From NCBI GenBank assembly GCA_032718475.1, contig JAUCBJ010000407.1, positions 1 through 64,000 on the forward strand: DNA of 64,000 nucleotides, given 5' to 3'. A model generated the notes under the pieces. It was not told the DNA's origin, did not search any database, and saw only the letters and a list, made by a program, of their open reading frames with translations. Position 1 is the stretch's first letter; the number at the start of each line of letters is the position of its first letter. This document shows, one piece after another, positions 12,505 through 26,462 of this stretch. Origin of the DNA: Nemertoderma westbladi. Its lineage: Eukaryota; Animalia; Xenacoelomorpha. The position numbers and the translations under genes are program-made.

Positions 12505-12805
12505 TATATATTACAAGTAACAATAGGGCTAGTTGTTCGGAATTAAAAAAGCAAAATTAAAAACAAAATAGCCAATATTAGTGAACAAAAAATTCCAGAT
12601 CTCTTATTTTAACATAAAATAAAACATCACCATTACTTATGAAGTTTAAATAGTAATATAATTTACTAATTAATAAATATATATTACAAGTAACAATAGG
12701 GCTAGTTTTTCAAAATTAAAAAAGCAAAAATTAAAAAAAAATTGCCAATATTAGTAAACAAAAATTTCCAGATCTCTTATTTTAACATAAAATAAATCAT
12801 CACCA
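12505..12805. repeat. Two-copy tandem duplication (~173 bp period)
   Basis: TATATTACAAGTAACAATAGGGCTAGTT...CCAGATCTCTTATTTTAACATAAAATAAA occurs twice. Confidence 0.8.
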
Positions 12806-13318
12806 CAAAAATTCATGATTGCTAAGTCACTGATCGAAAAATAGTTTTTGCAAAATTTCGTTCAAACCAAGTAATCTTTTTAAGACGCAACTTCTTTGAC
12901 ATAATGTAATACATCAACTCATTTTTTTGAAAAAGCCGTGCGAGTGACCGATTTAGAATACAAAATGTTAGAATTGTAATTATTTGATGGTATATTTCGT
13001 ATATCAATTTAGGATCTTGTTCAAAAATCCAAAAAAACCTAAAAAAAGTGAAAATTTTGAAAATTTGACATTTTTGTGCCTTTTAACTCGTAACCATAGG
13101 GCATTTTGGTAATGCTATTAAATGGCATTGCAAATCATTTTATGATATTAACAAAACATTAATAATTCTTTAATTTTTGATGGGATGGACCTGGTTTTTG
13201 TTTTACTCATTAAGTATGAGTTGCTTTAATTGAATTTGCTTTGAAAAATAAGTTTGCACATTCTAGAACAAACTTATGCGAGTCTTTCAAACACTGGCCC
13301 TATTGCGACTTTGCAAAG

Positions 13319-13320
<2 letters not shown>

Positions 13321-13380
<60 letters not shown>
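13321..13380. repeat. (GA)n microsatellite
   Basis: Direct observation. Confidence 0.95.
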
Positions 13381-13381
<1 letters not shown>

Positions 13382-15249
13382 AGTTGTGCTAACATTTGGC
13401 TATCAAAAATGGCAGTTGTGGTGACAAAAAAATAGTGGTAACAAGTTGAGCTGACATTTGATCAGGGAAATGTGTCCGACGTTTTGATCGGGTCCCCATG
13501 TACTCTTTGTAATGTTAGCACAAGTGCCACTTTGCAATACCTGAAATGTGAGGGAAAAAAATCGTGTATCCCTTTAGCGTCCTCTTCTTGAACATTCAAA
13601 AATCATTGACTAGAGTTCTGCTAACATGTAATAGTTGTACTAACATCAAACAAATGACACCATCAATATTGATTAAAATTATCTCATGGAATTTATAACA
13701 CCAGTTGTAGGAACATTTCTCCTCTGCAGTTAGGCAGCGAATTCGTGCTGTCTATAAAATATTCTAGAACATTTAATTATTTACATGGAGTGAACGGCGA
13801 TGCCATTGTTAGAGAAGGCAATATATCGAGCTTGAAGGCGAATATATGTCTGCTGGCCAGACAGTAGTGTAGCTAATGCAATGGATGGGGAAGCCAGCCT
13901 GCGGCGATATTGATTTGTGATGTAAATAGGAAGGCCCTTTGCCCCACAAATTCGGGTTCATAATAATTCGGGGTAATGTAAATTTATCTGTGAATATGAA
14001 GCACTACTGGAGGCAATATTAAGGGTACTCTTTCACTTGCTTCCTTTTCTTGTATTTACGTACAAGGCAAGGGGGACTGGACTCCACACTAACTCCCACG
14101 GATGAACACAGAGGATGATCTCATATACATATTATATATTGTGCTGTGCGATGGCCGTATTTCGATTGTGAATCATGTTTTGCATTACAAACAAGATTTA
14201 TTTATCCTTAATTAAATCAAATTGATTTTATGACCATATAGGTTTTTTGGGATACTGATCACGAATATAACACTGAAATATATCGTACATTATTGATAAA
14301 GGAATTTATGGATATGTACGTGTCAATGTGCGGCATGAAAAATACAAGTAGCACTAATTGGATAATACAAAAATGATTATCAAATCAACCTGATTTTATG
14401 ACATTGTGGGTTTTCTGGGACGCTGGTCACTCACGAATATGACACTCAAAAATATAGGATTATAGAACTAAATTCGATTTTTGGCGTTTGAAATTGTACG
14501 CCATTTGTATTTATCCGCCCCACCGGACAAGCAGCAAAAATGATAGTTGCGTTAACACGAATGATTTTTTACGAGTTATATCGTAGTAATCAGCGACTTT
14601 GAAAACCAGTATACTGTGGATATTTATAACCAAAGTCAAAATTTAACACTTTATAATTTTGTGCTACTTGTAGTTTTCGTTTTGGGGCACTTGAATGGCA
14701 CCAAAATGGGATTTGCACATGCACATACCAGAAATATTTATAACTAGTGTCATCCTGTTCAGCGACATCGAAAACCCGTATACCTTCAGAATTATCAAAC
14801 CAAACACAACATTTTTCAGTTTGACATTTTTTACTTATAATATTTTGAGTTTGCAGCTATATATATATATAGAGAGATGCTATATATAGAGTAGACTCAA
14901 ACTTTTTGGACAAAAATAAAAAAATTGACAGTGGAAAATGTCAAAATTGAGAAATTGTGAAAAAATCTTGTTTTATATACAGAATCATGAATATCAGATA
15001 ATGGTCCCCTTAATATTAGAAATCAATTTTAACAATGACGAGCCTTGGAAAAGCTAAAACAAAGAAAACTTGCGATTCATTGCCTGCCTCTTATGGTGGA
15101 ATTTCACAAGATGGGTACGATGCAGTGGGTGAAACAAATTGACGGAAGCCATTTCAATAATTAGAAAACCGTGACAGACATCATGGTCATTTATCATGAT
15201 GGTATATGACTTTACTAGACTTTACAACACTTTTCATCAATTTAAAATA

Positions 15250-15442
15250 TTTGACTTGATATCACTTGGTTTTATGACACTTGACTTTACATCATTGGAC
15301 TCGACATCACTTCATAATTAATGCCTTGATTGACATCACGTGACTTGATAGTAGTTTGACTTGGCGCCATACGACTTGACATACTGACTTGACATCACTT
15401 GACTTGACAAACTTGACTTGACAAACTTGACTTGACTTGACA
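15250..15442. repeat. Degenerate (TTGAC)n microsatellite
   Basis: Repeated TTGAC / CTTGACAT units. Confidence 0.7.
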
Positions 15443-15799
15443 ATACTTGTTATATTATCAGCCTGATTTGTTGATACAGCTCGTTTCCTGCTTGTTTTAT
15501 CCTCTATGCAAATTTAGGATGTAGGCCTGCCTTGTAGACAATTCCTGTTTCGAGATATTATTAAATATTTGACTCAAAAATCTTTGAAATTCTCATTACA
15601 GTAGTACGGCAATTCAATTACTTTAAGTAGAGGACATATTACATTTCGTTTACTCCTCCTGCGTCCTCCTCCTTTACTCTTTGCTCCAGGGAAAAGGCCA
15701 TAAAATAATATTTGTTTTATAATTTATTCAACATTTGTCTTACACGTGAAACTTACAGGAAGTTTCCATCATATTTATAATATACTCTATCAAATTCAA

Positions 15800-16482
15800 A
15801 TACTTACCAGAACAGGCAATAGATATTTAAATACTTGCCAAATCAGGCAAGGTGTATTTATATACTTGACAAAACAGGCAAGGTGTATTTATATACTTGC
15901 CAAAACAGGCAAGGTGTATTTATATACTTGCCAAAACAGGCAAGGTGTATTTATATACTTGCCAAAACAGGCAAGGCACATTTACATACTTGCCAAAACA
16001 GGCAAGGTGTATTTATATACTTGCCAAAACAGGCAAGGTGTATTTATATACTTGCCAAAACAGGCAAGGTGTATTTATGTATTTGCCAAAACAGGCAAGG
16101 CACATTTACATACTTGCCAAAACATGCAAGGTATATATATATACTCGCAAAAACAGGCAAGGTGTATTTATATACTTGCCAAAACAGGCAAGGTGTATTT
16201 ATATACTTGCCAAAACAGGCAAGGTGTATTTATATACTTGCCAAAACAGGCAAGGTATATTTATATACTTGCCAACTCAGGCAAGGTGTATTTATATACT
16301 TGCCAAAACAGGCAAGGTGTATTTACATACTTGCCAAAACAGGCAAGGTATATATATATACTCGCAAAAACAGGCAAGGTGTATTTATATACTTGCCAAA
16401 ACAGGCAAGGCATACTTACATACTTGCCAAAACAGGCAAAGGTATATTTATATACTTGCCAAAACAGGCAAGGTATATATAT
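15800..16482. repeat. 31-bp tandem repeat with an internal hairpin, about 22 copies
   Basis: Unit ATACTTGCCAAAACAGGCAAGGTGTATTTAT; stem CTTGCC/GGCAAG around an AAAACA loop; no spacers. Confidence 0.95.
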
Positions 16483-17634
16483 TCAGCCAAATGGAGAAGT
16501 CTTGGTTTCGTACTGTAGACTGTTATAGTCTTCGTGGTTGCAACCTCTCTGCATCGTATTAAATTGAATTAAGATAGTTTATTATTTTGTAAGTAATATT
16601 GTGGCTTATGAATAATTTACTGTTAACCGTTAGTTACGTAATATAGTGTTTATTGAAGTTTATTTATAGTTAAGTTTTACGCATACGGGATCCCGAGAGT
16701 GATAATCCCGGTCCCGATGCCGCAAATCCCGCAAATTTGCGCTAGCCAAATTACCCGAGTAAGACAGTAAGAGTAGGACACGAGTCCAGTTTGCCCTTAT
16801 CCGAGGCGCATCCCATTGCGTTCGTGGGTCACGCATCAAAAATGGAGAAGTGGGCTTGGACTGGAAGATGGTGCTGGGCTGCCATAAGGCCAGACAGGAT
16901 AGGAACGTCATATGCAGCAACCAGCTAATTAATCTACATCGCCTCTTCTGTACTTAACTCTATTTTATAATTTTTAACTGATATTTGTGCTGTGTGGGGG
17001 GGGGGGTTTCTCTATAGTTCTCTACCTATTAATTATCAGTAAATGTTTGTCTCTTTATACTTTTAATTAATAGGGTACTATACCATTAATAGTGCCGGTG
17101 TGTCGATTTTTGTATTAAATGTTCCAGAATTTTTAGCACCACCCATGAAACTTTCTACTTTTTTATATTTTATTCATCAAGACATGATTGGAGCAAAAAA
17201 TAGTTTTCATGTATTGGGTAACATCCTTTGTTAAGGGTAATAATATTTAGTATTAAATAAATAATTAAATAGCATTTATATTAAAAGCCACCCATTTGCC
17301 CGAGTAAACAATCTAATTAAACTTATAACATTATTATTACTAATGAGGTGTATTCTTAGAAGTAATACTATATTACAGAAAGGTGAAAGTTCTTCCTAAT
17401 AAAATTACAGTTTATTAAATATAAGAAATAATTATTGTATATTATTATTAAGAATTCAGTGCATTAAGCGATATCGAAAGGGGTACATAGATTACACTTT
17501 GATTGCTTATTCCTATATGAACAGTGTGAGACTTGATTTGATTTTTTGGACTATATGCATGCAATAAGCAGCCAGAAATTTGTATAGCAAATTATATTTA
17601 TATTATATTTAATATATTTTAAGCAATATGCTCT

Positions 17635-18689
17635 TTAGGGCGGTGCGTTTTTTACTTTTTTTCGATTTCATTGTTCTACCGGTGCACAAAAGTTGCCAAA
17701 TGGTAAAAAAAATAAGGCAAAAAAAATTTCTTTAAATTTCGTCTATGTCTTCATGGATCCCAAGAGGGTTGAAATTTTGTGCCATCGCGATGCACCATAA
17801 TGAAATGTATAACAACATAACACATTGATGAAAGATCAATGACTCAAAAAAGAACTTCCTGCATGCATCAAATGTCATCAAATGGGTCCAAACTTAGTTA
17901 GATACCAAAATTTTAATTTTTGGAACAAGGGAAGTTGTGCCACAGGCACATGACCAGAACCTACTCTTTGGCGCAAGTGATGATTATTCTCAATTTTGGT
18001 GATGGACAACTTTTAGTTCTCCTACGGCATTATTATTATGCTCATTAGAACCGCAATGACCGATTTAGTGGGGGTAGACACCATCAAAATAGGCATAGAG
18101 CGAATTTGATTCCTTGAGATAATTCAAAATATCATTTATTGTGTATTTGTCCATATCACATCAAGGCGGTAATGTAGACTTGTGCCGTACTTCACATTTT
18201 CTGCGATATCTCAAGAACTATTCGCTCTACGTTTGTTTTGAATGTGTCTACCCCCACTAAATCGGCCATTGCGGTTCTAATGAGCATAATATGAATGCAG
18301 TAGGATAAATCAAAGTTGGCCATCGCGAAAATTGAGAATAATCAACACTTGTGCCAAATGGTAGGTACTGGCCATGTGCCTGTGGCACTAGTTCCCTTGA
18401 CCCAAAAGTTAAAATTTTGGTATCTAACTAAGTTTGGACCCATTTGATGACATTTGATGCATGCAGGAAGTTCTTTTTTGAGTCATTGATCTTTCATCAA
18501 TGTGTTATATTGTTATAAATTTCATTATGGTGCATCGCGATGGCACAAAATTTCAACCCTCTTGGGATCCGTGAAGATATAGATGAAATTTAAAGAATTT
18601 TTTTTTGCCTTATTTTTTTACCATTTGGCAACTTTTGTGCACCGGTAGAACAATGAAATCGATAAAAAGTAAAAAACGCACCGCCCTAA
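17635..18689. mobile_element. Foldback non-autonomous DNA transposon with ~500-bp inverted arms
   Basis: TTAGGGCGGTGCG...CGCACCGCCCTAA termini; flanked by GCTCT at 17630-17634 and 18690-18694. Confidence 0.9.
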
Positions 18690-18875
18690 GCTCTTATGTC
18701 TATCACAACATTACAATCGTCATGTTTACGAATATGGCAACGAAATTCTCGAGAACCTACTCAAACTATTATTAAATTTTAAGAAAATAAGTGTAGCCCT
18801 TTGTGTACCAAAGATAAAGATAAAGATTTTTACTTCCAAGAAAGTATATTTGATCGTACCAAGGTTTATTTTGTT

Positions 18876-20095
18876 TGTTCGCGCTTTCAGACCTTTGGCA
18901 GTTTAACCCACCAAATTAAGATGTCTTCTAGATATTAAATCAGTTTTTAGTCTTTGACAAGTATTTGATTCACTACACTAGTCGAAACCAATCCGTGCGC
19001 GACCATTCACCCGCTGGATATTCCCGGGAGATTGGGTTCGACGGTTTAATTTTATTGCTATGTAAGCCTAATGTATTATTCGACTGACAGTATTATATAA
19101 TCTCTGACAATATTATTCACCTTCGGTAATATTAACAGTTCCTTTAGGACGTGGCGCTTTATCTATATAAACAGAGTTATGACTTAAACTACTCACAACG
19201 ATATGGCTTAATTATAATTCACATATATGGCGCATTCTTTAGGAATTGCTTCTTTAACAGACTCACTCATACACAATGCTGCACAATACTGCACACTAAT
19301 CTGCCAATCTTCACTGATTTTAATCACATATAAAAGGAACACAGACTGACTCATGTAGGGTCTATCAAATAACATTAGATTCACTTCAAACCACTTTAAC
19401 ATAAGTCACAATCGTTTATCTGTAACCCTTCTCTCTTACCTTCGGTATATCAAGAATATTGGGTTTCGGGGTTATTTATCGTTATTCCAAATATAATAAT
19501 TCATCAACCATATTATGAAGAACTGACGGTAAATAGCAGTATAAAACAACAATGAAAACACTGATTGTTATGAGTTTGCAATGTTTCAGCAGTCAGCATG
19601 TATGATCAGTCAGCAGTGATTCCATGAGTCAGGTAGGTGCGTTAAAGGATATATGCCCTTTATAATTAAACCTACTAGTGTAAGACTAAAAACTAAAACA
19701 CGGAGGTGCCAAAGCCGGTTCTTAGGCTCTGGGCAAAAAACATAACACTGAACTACTGAGTTTCTGTATATACCTCCAACACAAAGACAACAAACGCTCT
19801 GATTGGTCAACCTGAACAACGAGAGAACAGAGAAACAAAGAAACGTCGACGTGGCAATATCAGCTGCTAGCCGTCGTCATGGTAGCGACACTGTTTTCAA
19901 GAGTATCGAGCTTTTACGTCACGGAATTACGGATTATGTCCTCTAAAGTACAAATACAGAAGAAATAGCTCTTATGTCCGCTAAAACACCAGTACAGCAA
20001 GGACACGGCCTTTTTATGCCTGGTAAACCAACTACAGAGTACTTTACGGGAAAAATAAGGAAAAATAACCGGACAATTCAGTAAAAGCTTTTACA
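18876..20095 (-). mobile_element. Solo LTR (1220 bp) with 5-bp TSD
   Basis: TGT...ACA termini; TTGTT at 18871-18875 and 20096-20100; homologous to 1449-2302. Confidence 0.8.
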
Positions 20096-21742
20096 TTGTT
20101 GTTATATATAAAGAGGATAACCATATTATTACTTATCCTACCCTCAAAGGCGGCACACTGCCGCCTTTAACCACTTTCGAAATTTATAAATCGTTCATTT
20201 GAACTCCGGGGGGCACACTGCAGCCTTAATCATTTGTAACATAATTATTGGCTAAATTTAAATTAAATTGCATAAACTATGTAAACTGCCATGGGGGTTA
20301 AGTTATAATTACAGTATTTAAAGGCGGCATTATGAGCATTATCATGAATTATGAACACGAGTACGTGTCATGACAATACGTGTGATGAACTCGTACCGTG
20401 TTGGTACGCAAAGTGTTAAAGGCAAATAGGTCTATGATACAGTTGCTGAATTTAGTAACGTTGTAGCAGGACGATCTAACTGGTTTTCTGCTCTTGTATC
20501 TGGGCCAGTACAAAACGAAGACAAAGGACGTACAAACTAAGAGGTAAAGTAGCGTTAGGTCCCAAAGAGCGTTAGGTCTCATTGGCATTTAAAGGAGCAG
20601 GTTAGTAAAGGAGCAGGTTACATAGTCATAGTTGGGGGATCCAAAACAATAAACGAAAGTTATCACATGTGTTTCGTACAGGTCTTAAGTCTTTTGGGTC
20701 TTGTGTATTTGTTTTGTACTCACCCTTTTGTATTTATTATTGCACGCTTGTAGCAAATTATTATTGCCAATCTGCTGTTCTATGTACTAATACCGTTGTG
20801 GACACCCAAGAGTCTATAGATCGGATTAGAAACCAAGTTTATTTTGCAAATTTTTTGACAATAATGCATTACGTGCTACGAGATGGGGGAAGCATGATTA
20901 TACGAGATAGGGTGTTAAAAGATTGGATGTTACGATATGTAATAAAACGAAATATTACAATAATCCTTTTCTTATTTCGTGAAGCAATGATTCAAAATTC
21001 CAATGCCCTGCTGCTGTACATTCAATATAGAAGAAATGTAGAATTCACAGCTCTGAACAAGTACATTTGTTGGGTGAATTCTTAGCCCGCGAGTATTCTT
21101 AGCCCACGAGTTAGTAAAGGATCAGGTTAGTAAAGGAGCAGGTTAGCAAAGGAGCAGGTTTCAGAGGAGTATTGGGGGAACCAAAACAATAAACGTTATT
21201 GTTTCGCAGGCTAAGAATACCCACGGGCTAAGTATGCAAGGCTAAGAATACCCACGGGCCAAGAATACTCGCATGCTATGAATTCCTGAGACCGTATATT
21301 TACAAAGAAATTGAGCCTGGAAATTGCTTTATCGACCACCTTATAATGAAAATATAATAAGAATATTTTCCCATTCATCATTCATATAATTTGTTCATAA
21401 ACTTTACAAATAAAAATTAGTGATATTCGATGTTTCATTAAAAGCACTATAATATAACATCGCGATTTTTAAATATTCAATTTCTCATTCCCCTCAATCA
21501 TACATGATATATGATGTTTCCAGACACCAAGTTGTGCCTACATTCAAAGCAACTCAATATCAATAAATAACCAAAGACGAAAAAGCAATATCACACTCCG
21601 TCACATTACCCTCACATTATACACCACACCCCCTAGTGGTAGCACATGAATTGATGTCAGCACAATTTTCAAATAATCAGTCCCACTGAAAGGGCACAAC
21701 TCTGAACAAATAGTGCGTCGGCACAACTAGCAATCGGCTATC

Positions 21743-21744
<2 letters not shown>

Positions 21745-21804
<60 letters not shown>
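21745..21804. repeat. (GA)n microsatellite
   Basis: Direct observation. Confidence 0.95.
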
Positions 21805-21806
<2 letters not shown>

Positions 21807-22916
21807 ATTTGATTTTTATAGGTATAGATTAAGTGGATAATCAAACTCTTGTTTTATATAGCAACATTAAGTTTCCAAAGCAACTAAAACATGCCATACC
21901 AAAACCAAAGTTTAAGTTTATCTTTTGGCTTCCGATTGCCACCAAAACTAGGAAATTAGGTTGACATTGTGCAAAGTTATTAAAATACAAAAACGTGTCA
22001 AATTTTGTGGAACACCCTGTGGGGCGATACACGTATGGTACGAATGACACGAACTGATATAATTATACTATGCACTGGTTAACGCTACATACTGTGGACG
22101 TAAGTGCCATACAATACCCACGTTCTGGGGACCTTTCGCGAACTGGGGACCTCCCCAGAACGTTCTGACTGGAAATTCGAAATCTTCATTGCCAAATTAG
22201 TCTAAATATGAAATTTCACCGTATTTAGGCTCAGTCCCCACTTTGTTTGTGTTAAGCCGCACTCGTATGTGTTCTGTGTGTATGGGGTGTAAATATTGAT
22301 GTCCCCACTATAACAGTGATAAGTATACACACATTATCTACGTTATTTTGTGACGTCACAATGTCCCCAATGAGCTTAATTTTTAACGACCCCGGTTTGT
22401 GGTTGAAATTAAGTATGTTATGTGTTATGTTTAATTATTTATGGATTAGTTAGTCGGGTCTGTCTTTGAGACAATGCAGCTCAGGCAATCCCTAGATAAC
22501 GTTTTTTTATTGTTTTTATACACTCGTGAATAATTGTAAAAGTTAATATTTCCTTATGAGTTACCTAAGCACCCCTTGTAGTGCAACTTTCCTCAGTTAC
22601 TATAACAATGGATTTTCACTTAGTCGATAGTGCTAAACAATCCCGCATGCACTATGCATACAAGCATGTAGAAATTTTTTAAAAAATATATGGACAAATA
22701 TCGTAATACGGCCACTGATAATTTTTTTCTGCGGGGGCACTAATTAAATTCATGTTTAAACAAACAAGGTGGAGCACAACGATATATGATATAACTCTTA
22801 TCCTTCAAATTACTTTCACCTCATTCAATTATATTGAATATATCATGAATTTTATAGCTTTAATTTTTTAGACCCTTCTACGTACTGTAGTGGAAATAGA
22901 CATTATAATAAATTAA

Positions 22917-24318
22917 CGAAAACACACCCATTCTAAATAGTGTACTGTACCTTGCGCACATCTGGGGACATTGGTTTTGCATTGCAGAGAGTATTATATT
23001 ATGCCCTACGTTCTACTTATGTAGGTAGTTGCACTGGACGTTAAGAATATATAATAAATTAACGATAACACACCGTTCCAAATACTGTCCCTTGCGCACA
23101 TCTGGGGACATTGGTTTTGCATTGCAGAGAGTATTATATTATGCCCTACGTTCTACTTATGTAGATAGTTAGTTGCAATGGACGTTAAGAATATATAATA
23201 AATTAACGAGAACACACCGTTCTAAATACTGTCCCTTGCGCACATCTGGGGACATTAGTTTTTGTATTGTTTTTCTGCAGACCATACGGTATGTAGTTGC
23301 AATGGACATTAAGAAATATTTTTATATATTGACGAAAACACACCGTTCTAAATACTGTCCCTTGCGCACATCTGGGGACATTAGTTTTTGTATTGTATTT
23401 CTGCAGACCATACGGTATGTAGTTGCAATGGACATTAAGAAATATTTTTATATATTGACGAAAACACACCATTCTAAATACTGTCCCTTACGCATATCTG
23501 GGGACATTAGTTTTTGTATTGATTTTCTGCAGACCATACGTTATGTAGTTGCAATGGACGTTAAGAATATATAATAAATTAACGAGAACACACCGTTCTA
23601 AATACTGTCCCTTGCGCACATCTGGGGACATTAGTTTTTGTATTGTTTTTCTGCAGACCATACGGTATGTAGTTGCAATGGACATTAAGAAATATTTTTA
23701 TATATTGACGAAAACACACCATTCTAAATACTGTCCCTTACGCACATCTGGGGACATTAGTTTTTGTATTGTTTTTCTGCAGCCAATACGTTATGTAGTT
23801 GCAATGGACATTAAGAAATGTTTTTATATATTGACGAAAACACACCATTCTAAATACTGTCCCTTACGCACATCTGGGGACATTAGTTTTTGTATTGTTT
23901 TTCTGCAGACCATACGGTATGTAGTTGCAATGGACATTAAGAAATATTTTTATATATTGACGAAAACACACCATTCTAAATACTGTCCCTTACGCATATC
24001 TGGGGACATTAGTTTTTGTATTGATTTTCTGCAGACCATACGTTATGTAGTTGCAATGGACATTAAGAAATATTTTTATATATTGACGAAAACACACCAT
24101 TCTAAATACTGTCCCTTACGCATATCTGGGGACATTAGTTTTTGTATTGTTTTTCTGCAGCCAATACGTTATGTAGTTGCAATGGACATTAAGAAATGTT
24201 TTTATATATTGACGAAAACACACCATTCTAAATACTGTACATTGCGCATATCTGGGGACATGAGTTTTTGTGCTGGGAGTATTATAATAGGCCCTACATA
24301 TAGTTGCAATGAATGTTA
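22917..24318 (+). repeat. 124-126 bp internal tandem repeat (about 11 units) in the left arm of copy 1
   Basis: AGTTGCAATGGAC at 23171, 23295, 23421, 23547, 23671 and onward. About 3 units in copy 2 (33110-33508); inverted units at 28420-28750 and 35870-36180. Confidence 0.95.
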
Positions 24319-24323
24319 CTACT

Positions 24324-25711
24324 CGGCAGCTCCAAACCAAAACCCAGTATGTCAATTTTTTTCGAAATCGAGTTTTTCGATTTTTGGGGTTTTTGAGGGC
24401 GTAGAATTCATCTGACTTCAGTTTCGAAACCATAGCAGTAACTGATTTCGCAGTATTAACAATTAATTAATTAACTAATTAGCTAATTTAGAGCAAATAC
24501 CACGTCGAAACACAGTAATGCTAGTTACTGGGTTTCGTGTATCCTTTCTGGTGTTATTTTGAAAAAGTTACTCCATCAAAACCCAGTATGTGCTCAAAAA
24601 TCCCAAGATCCTACGCCAAAACCCAGTAACTGCACTTACTGGGTTTCGAGCAAAATTCTTTACTGGGTTTTCACATGCTATTTTCTGAACAAAATTGAGT
24701 ATCATTTCCGAAAGACAAATTGTCCAAGTCAAAACCCAGTATGTACAGTGCTGCTCAAAAGTTTGGTCACACCAGGTGTTTTTAGGAAATTGAGATTTTT
24801 GTAATGTAAAGTAATATAGTTAACTATAATTCCTAATTTTAAATCAATGCAAATTCACAATTACTACTTAGTGCTATAGTATTTGGCCGCGATACACAAT
24901 TTAATACATCTTGGCATACTACTTGCAAGATTTTTGCAAAGTTCACGTGGTAGTTTGACCCATTCAGAAACTAGCGCTTTCTTCAAGCAATCAATATTAC
25001 TCGCTTTATGCCGCCAAAAGTTTGAACTCTACAGATACATACTGTATATTGATAATGTGAGATTTACCACGTCAAAACCCAGTAAACAGAGTTACCGGGT
25101 TTCTAGCAGTTTGAGATACTGGGTTTTGACGTGGGATTTCCCGAATGCAGATACTATGCCAAACCAAAACAAAACCCAGTAACTCCCGCAACGCAACAGA
25201 CGTAGACAAATAATTAAATGTTCTAGAATATTATATTCTAGAATGTTGCCTCTTTGTTTTCGCTAACCGTTGGCGAAAGAAGTCAGAGTTACTGGGTTTT
25301 GGCGAAGGGACTTGTCAGTTACTTGGTTTTGGCATGGGAAAGGTAACTGATTGGAAAATTTAAATGTTAGTTTACTGGGTTTTGGTGTGGGCAAATTAGT
25401 TACTGTGTTTTGAAATGGGAATCATGACGTTACTGGGTATTGATGCATCAAAAATCACAATTCTTTTCTTATCTACCATACCAGAACCGTGTAAGTCGAT
25501 TTATATGAAAAGTAAAGAATAAATTTAAAAAAAAAGTTTTGGCACTAATACAGTATAATATGTACAATTTGTAAAGGTACACAAAATTACTGTATAACTC
25601 ATCAAATTAAATTTTAACCAAATGCCAGCTGTTTAAAGTCTAAAAACTTTAAACGCGATTATCTCGAAAAGTCAAAAAATGTACTTGCTGGGTTTTGGTT
25701 TGGAGCTGCCG
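24324..25711. mobile_element. Non-autonomous TIR element inserted in the (TAC)n LINE tail
   Basis: 24-bp TIR CGGCAGCTCCAAACCAAAACCCAG; TACT on both sides; many subterminal AAACCCAGTA / TACTGGGTTT motifs; absent from copy 2. Confidence 0.9.
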
Positions 25712-26462
25712 TACTACTACTACTACTAAGTCGAGCGAACTCGGATAGTGGAAATGAGATCCTTCCAGGATTCCCGATTCTCCATAGTTGTCGCAATTTC
25801 GTTTCTCCCAAGTTCAGTATCCCTTTCAAGTTGATCTATATATGTTAAGGCCGGTCGTCCACGACTACGCTTTCCATGAGTTGGTTGCCAGAGAAGTAGA
25901 TCTGGTATGACCTCGTCTTTACTTCGCCAGCAGTGCCCACTGAATCTTAATCTGCATTCACGGAGGGTAGTTGATACAGGTGGTATTGTACCATAAAGCT
26001 CGGCGTTTGTCATGTGTTGTCTCCAGCTGATGTTTAGGGCTGCCCTTAGTAGTCTTGTGTAGCAACCATCAATTCGTTATTCAAGTGATTTCGTCAGTGT
26101 CCAGGTCTTACCCCCGTGTAAAAATAAATACACTTTCCACTGTGGCTCGAAAGAACTTAGTCTTCAGGTGCCTGGAGAGATCTGATTTCCAGATGGTATC
26201 CATTTTTGATAGAGCTACCCAAGCCTTTGCTTTCCTAACTTCTATGTCCTTTTTGCTACTCTCTATCCATGATCCAAGGTACTGGAAGTCGTCGACTTTC
26301 CTTAGTTGATTATTGTCAATGGTTGTCAAGTTTCCATCAATATTAAAGGTCATGAATTCGGTCTTGCTAGCATTTATATGCAATCCAACCTCCTTAGCAG
26401 CCCTCTCCACTTTATTTAGTAGAAGCTGTGCATCTGCTAGCGTATTAGAGAGCAGGGCGATG
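25712..26462 (-). pseudogene. 5'-truncated RTE-clade LINE 3' fragment, antisense inside copy 1
   Basis: IALLSNTL..GLHINASKTEFM..FQYLGSWI..RLRFSGHCWR..RGRP..; (TAG)n tail; very similar to 32292-33037. Confidence 0.92.

Noticed and set aside
9900-12560. Very long ORFs (686-859 aa) in several frames
   Set aside because: Artefact of a stop-free 27-bp satellite unit; no non-repetitive coding sequence.
15746-16562. CRISPR-like palindromic repeats and overlapping ORFs
   Set aside because: Units are head-to-tail with no unique spacers, no cas genes, eukaryotic context; the ORFs are repeat translations.
17635-17640. Telomeric TTAGGG at element ends
   Set aside because: A single hexamer forming part of the TIR, not an array.
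23173-24415. ORFs with 42-aa repeats
   Set aside because: Translations of the 124-126 bp internal tandem repeat; the frame breaks at the 124-bp units.
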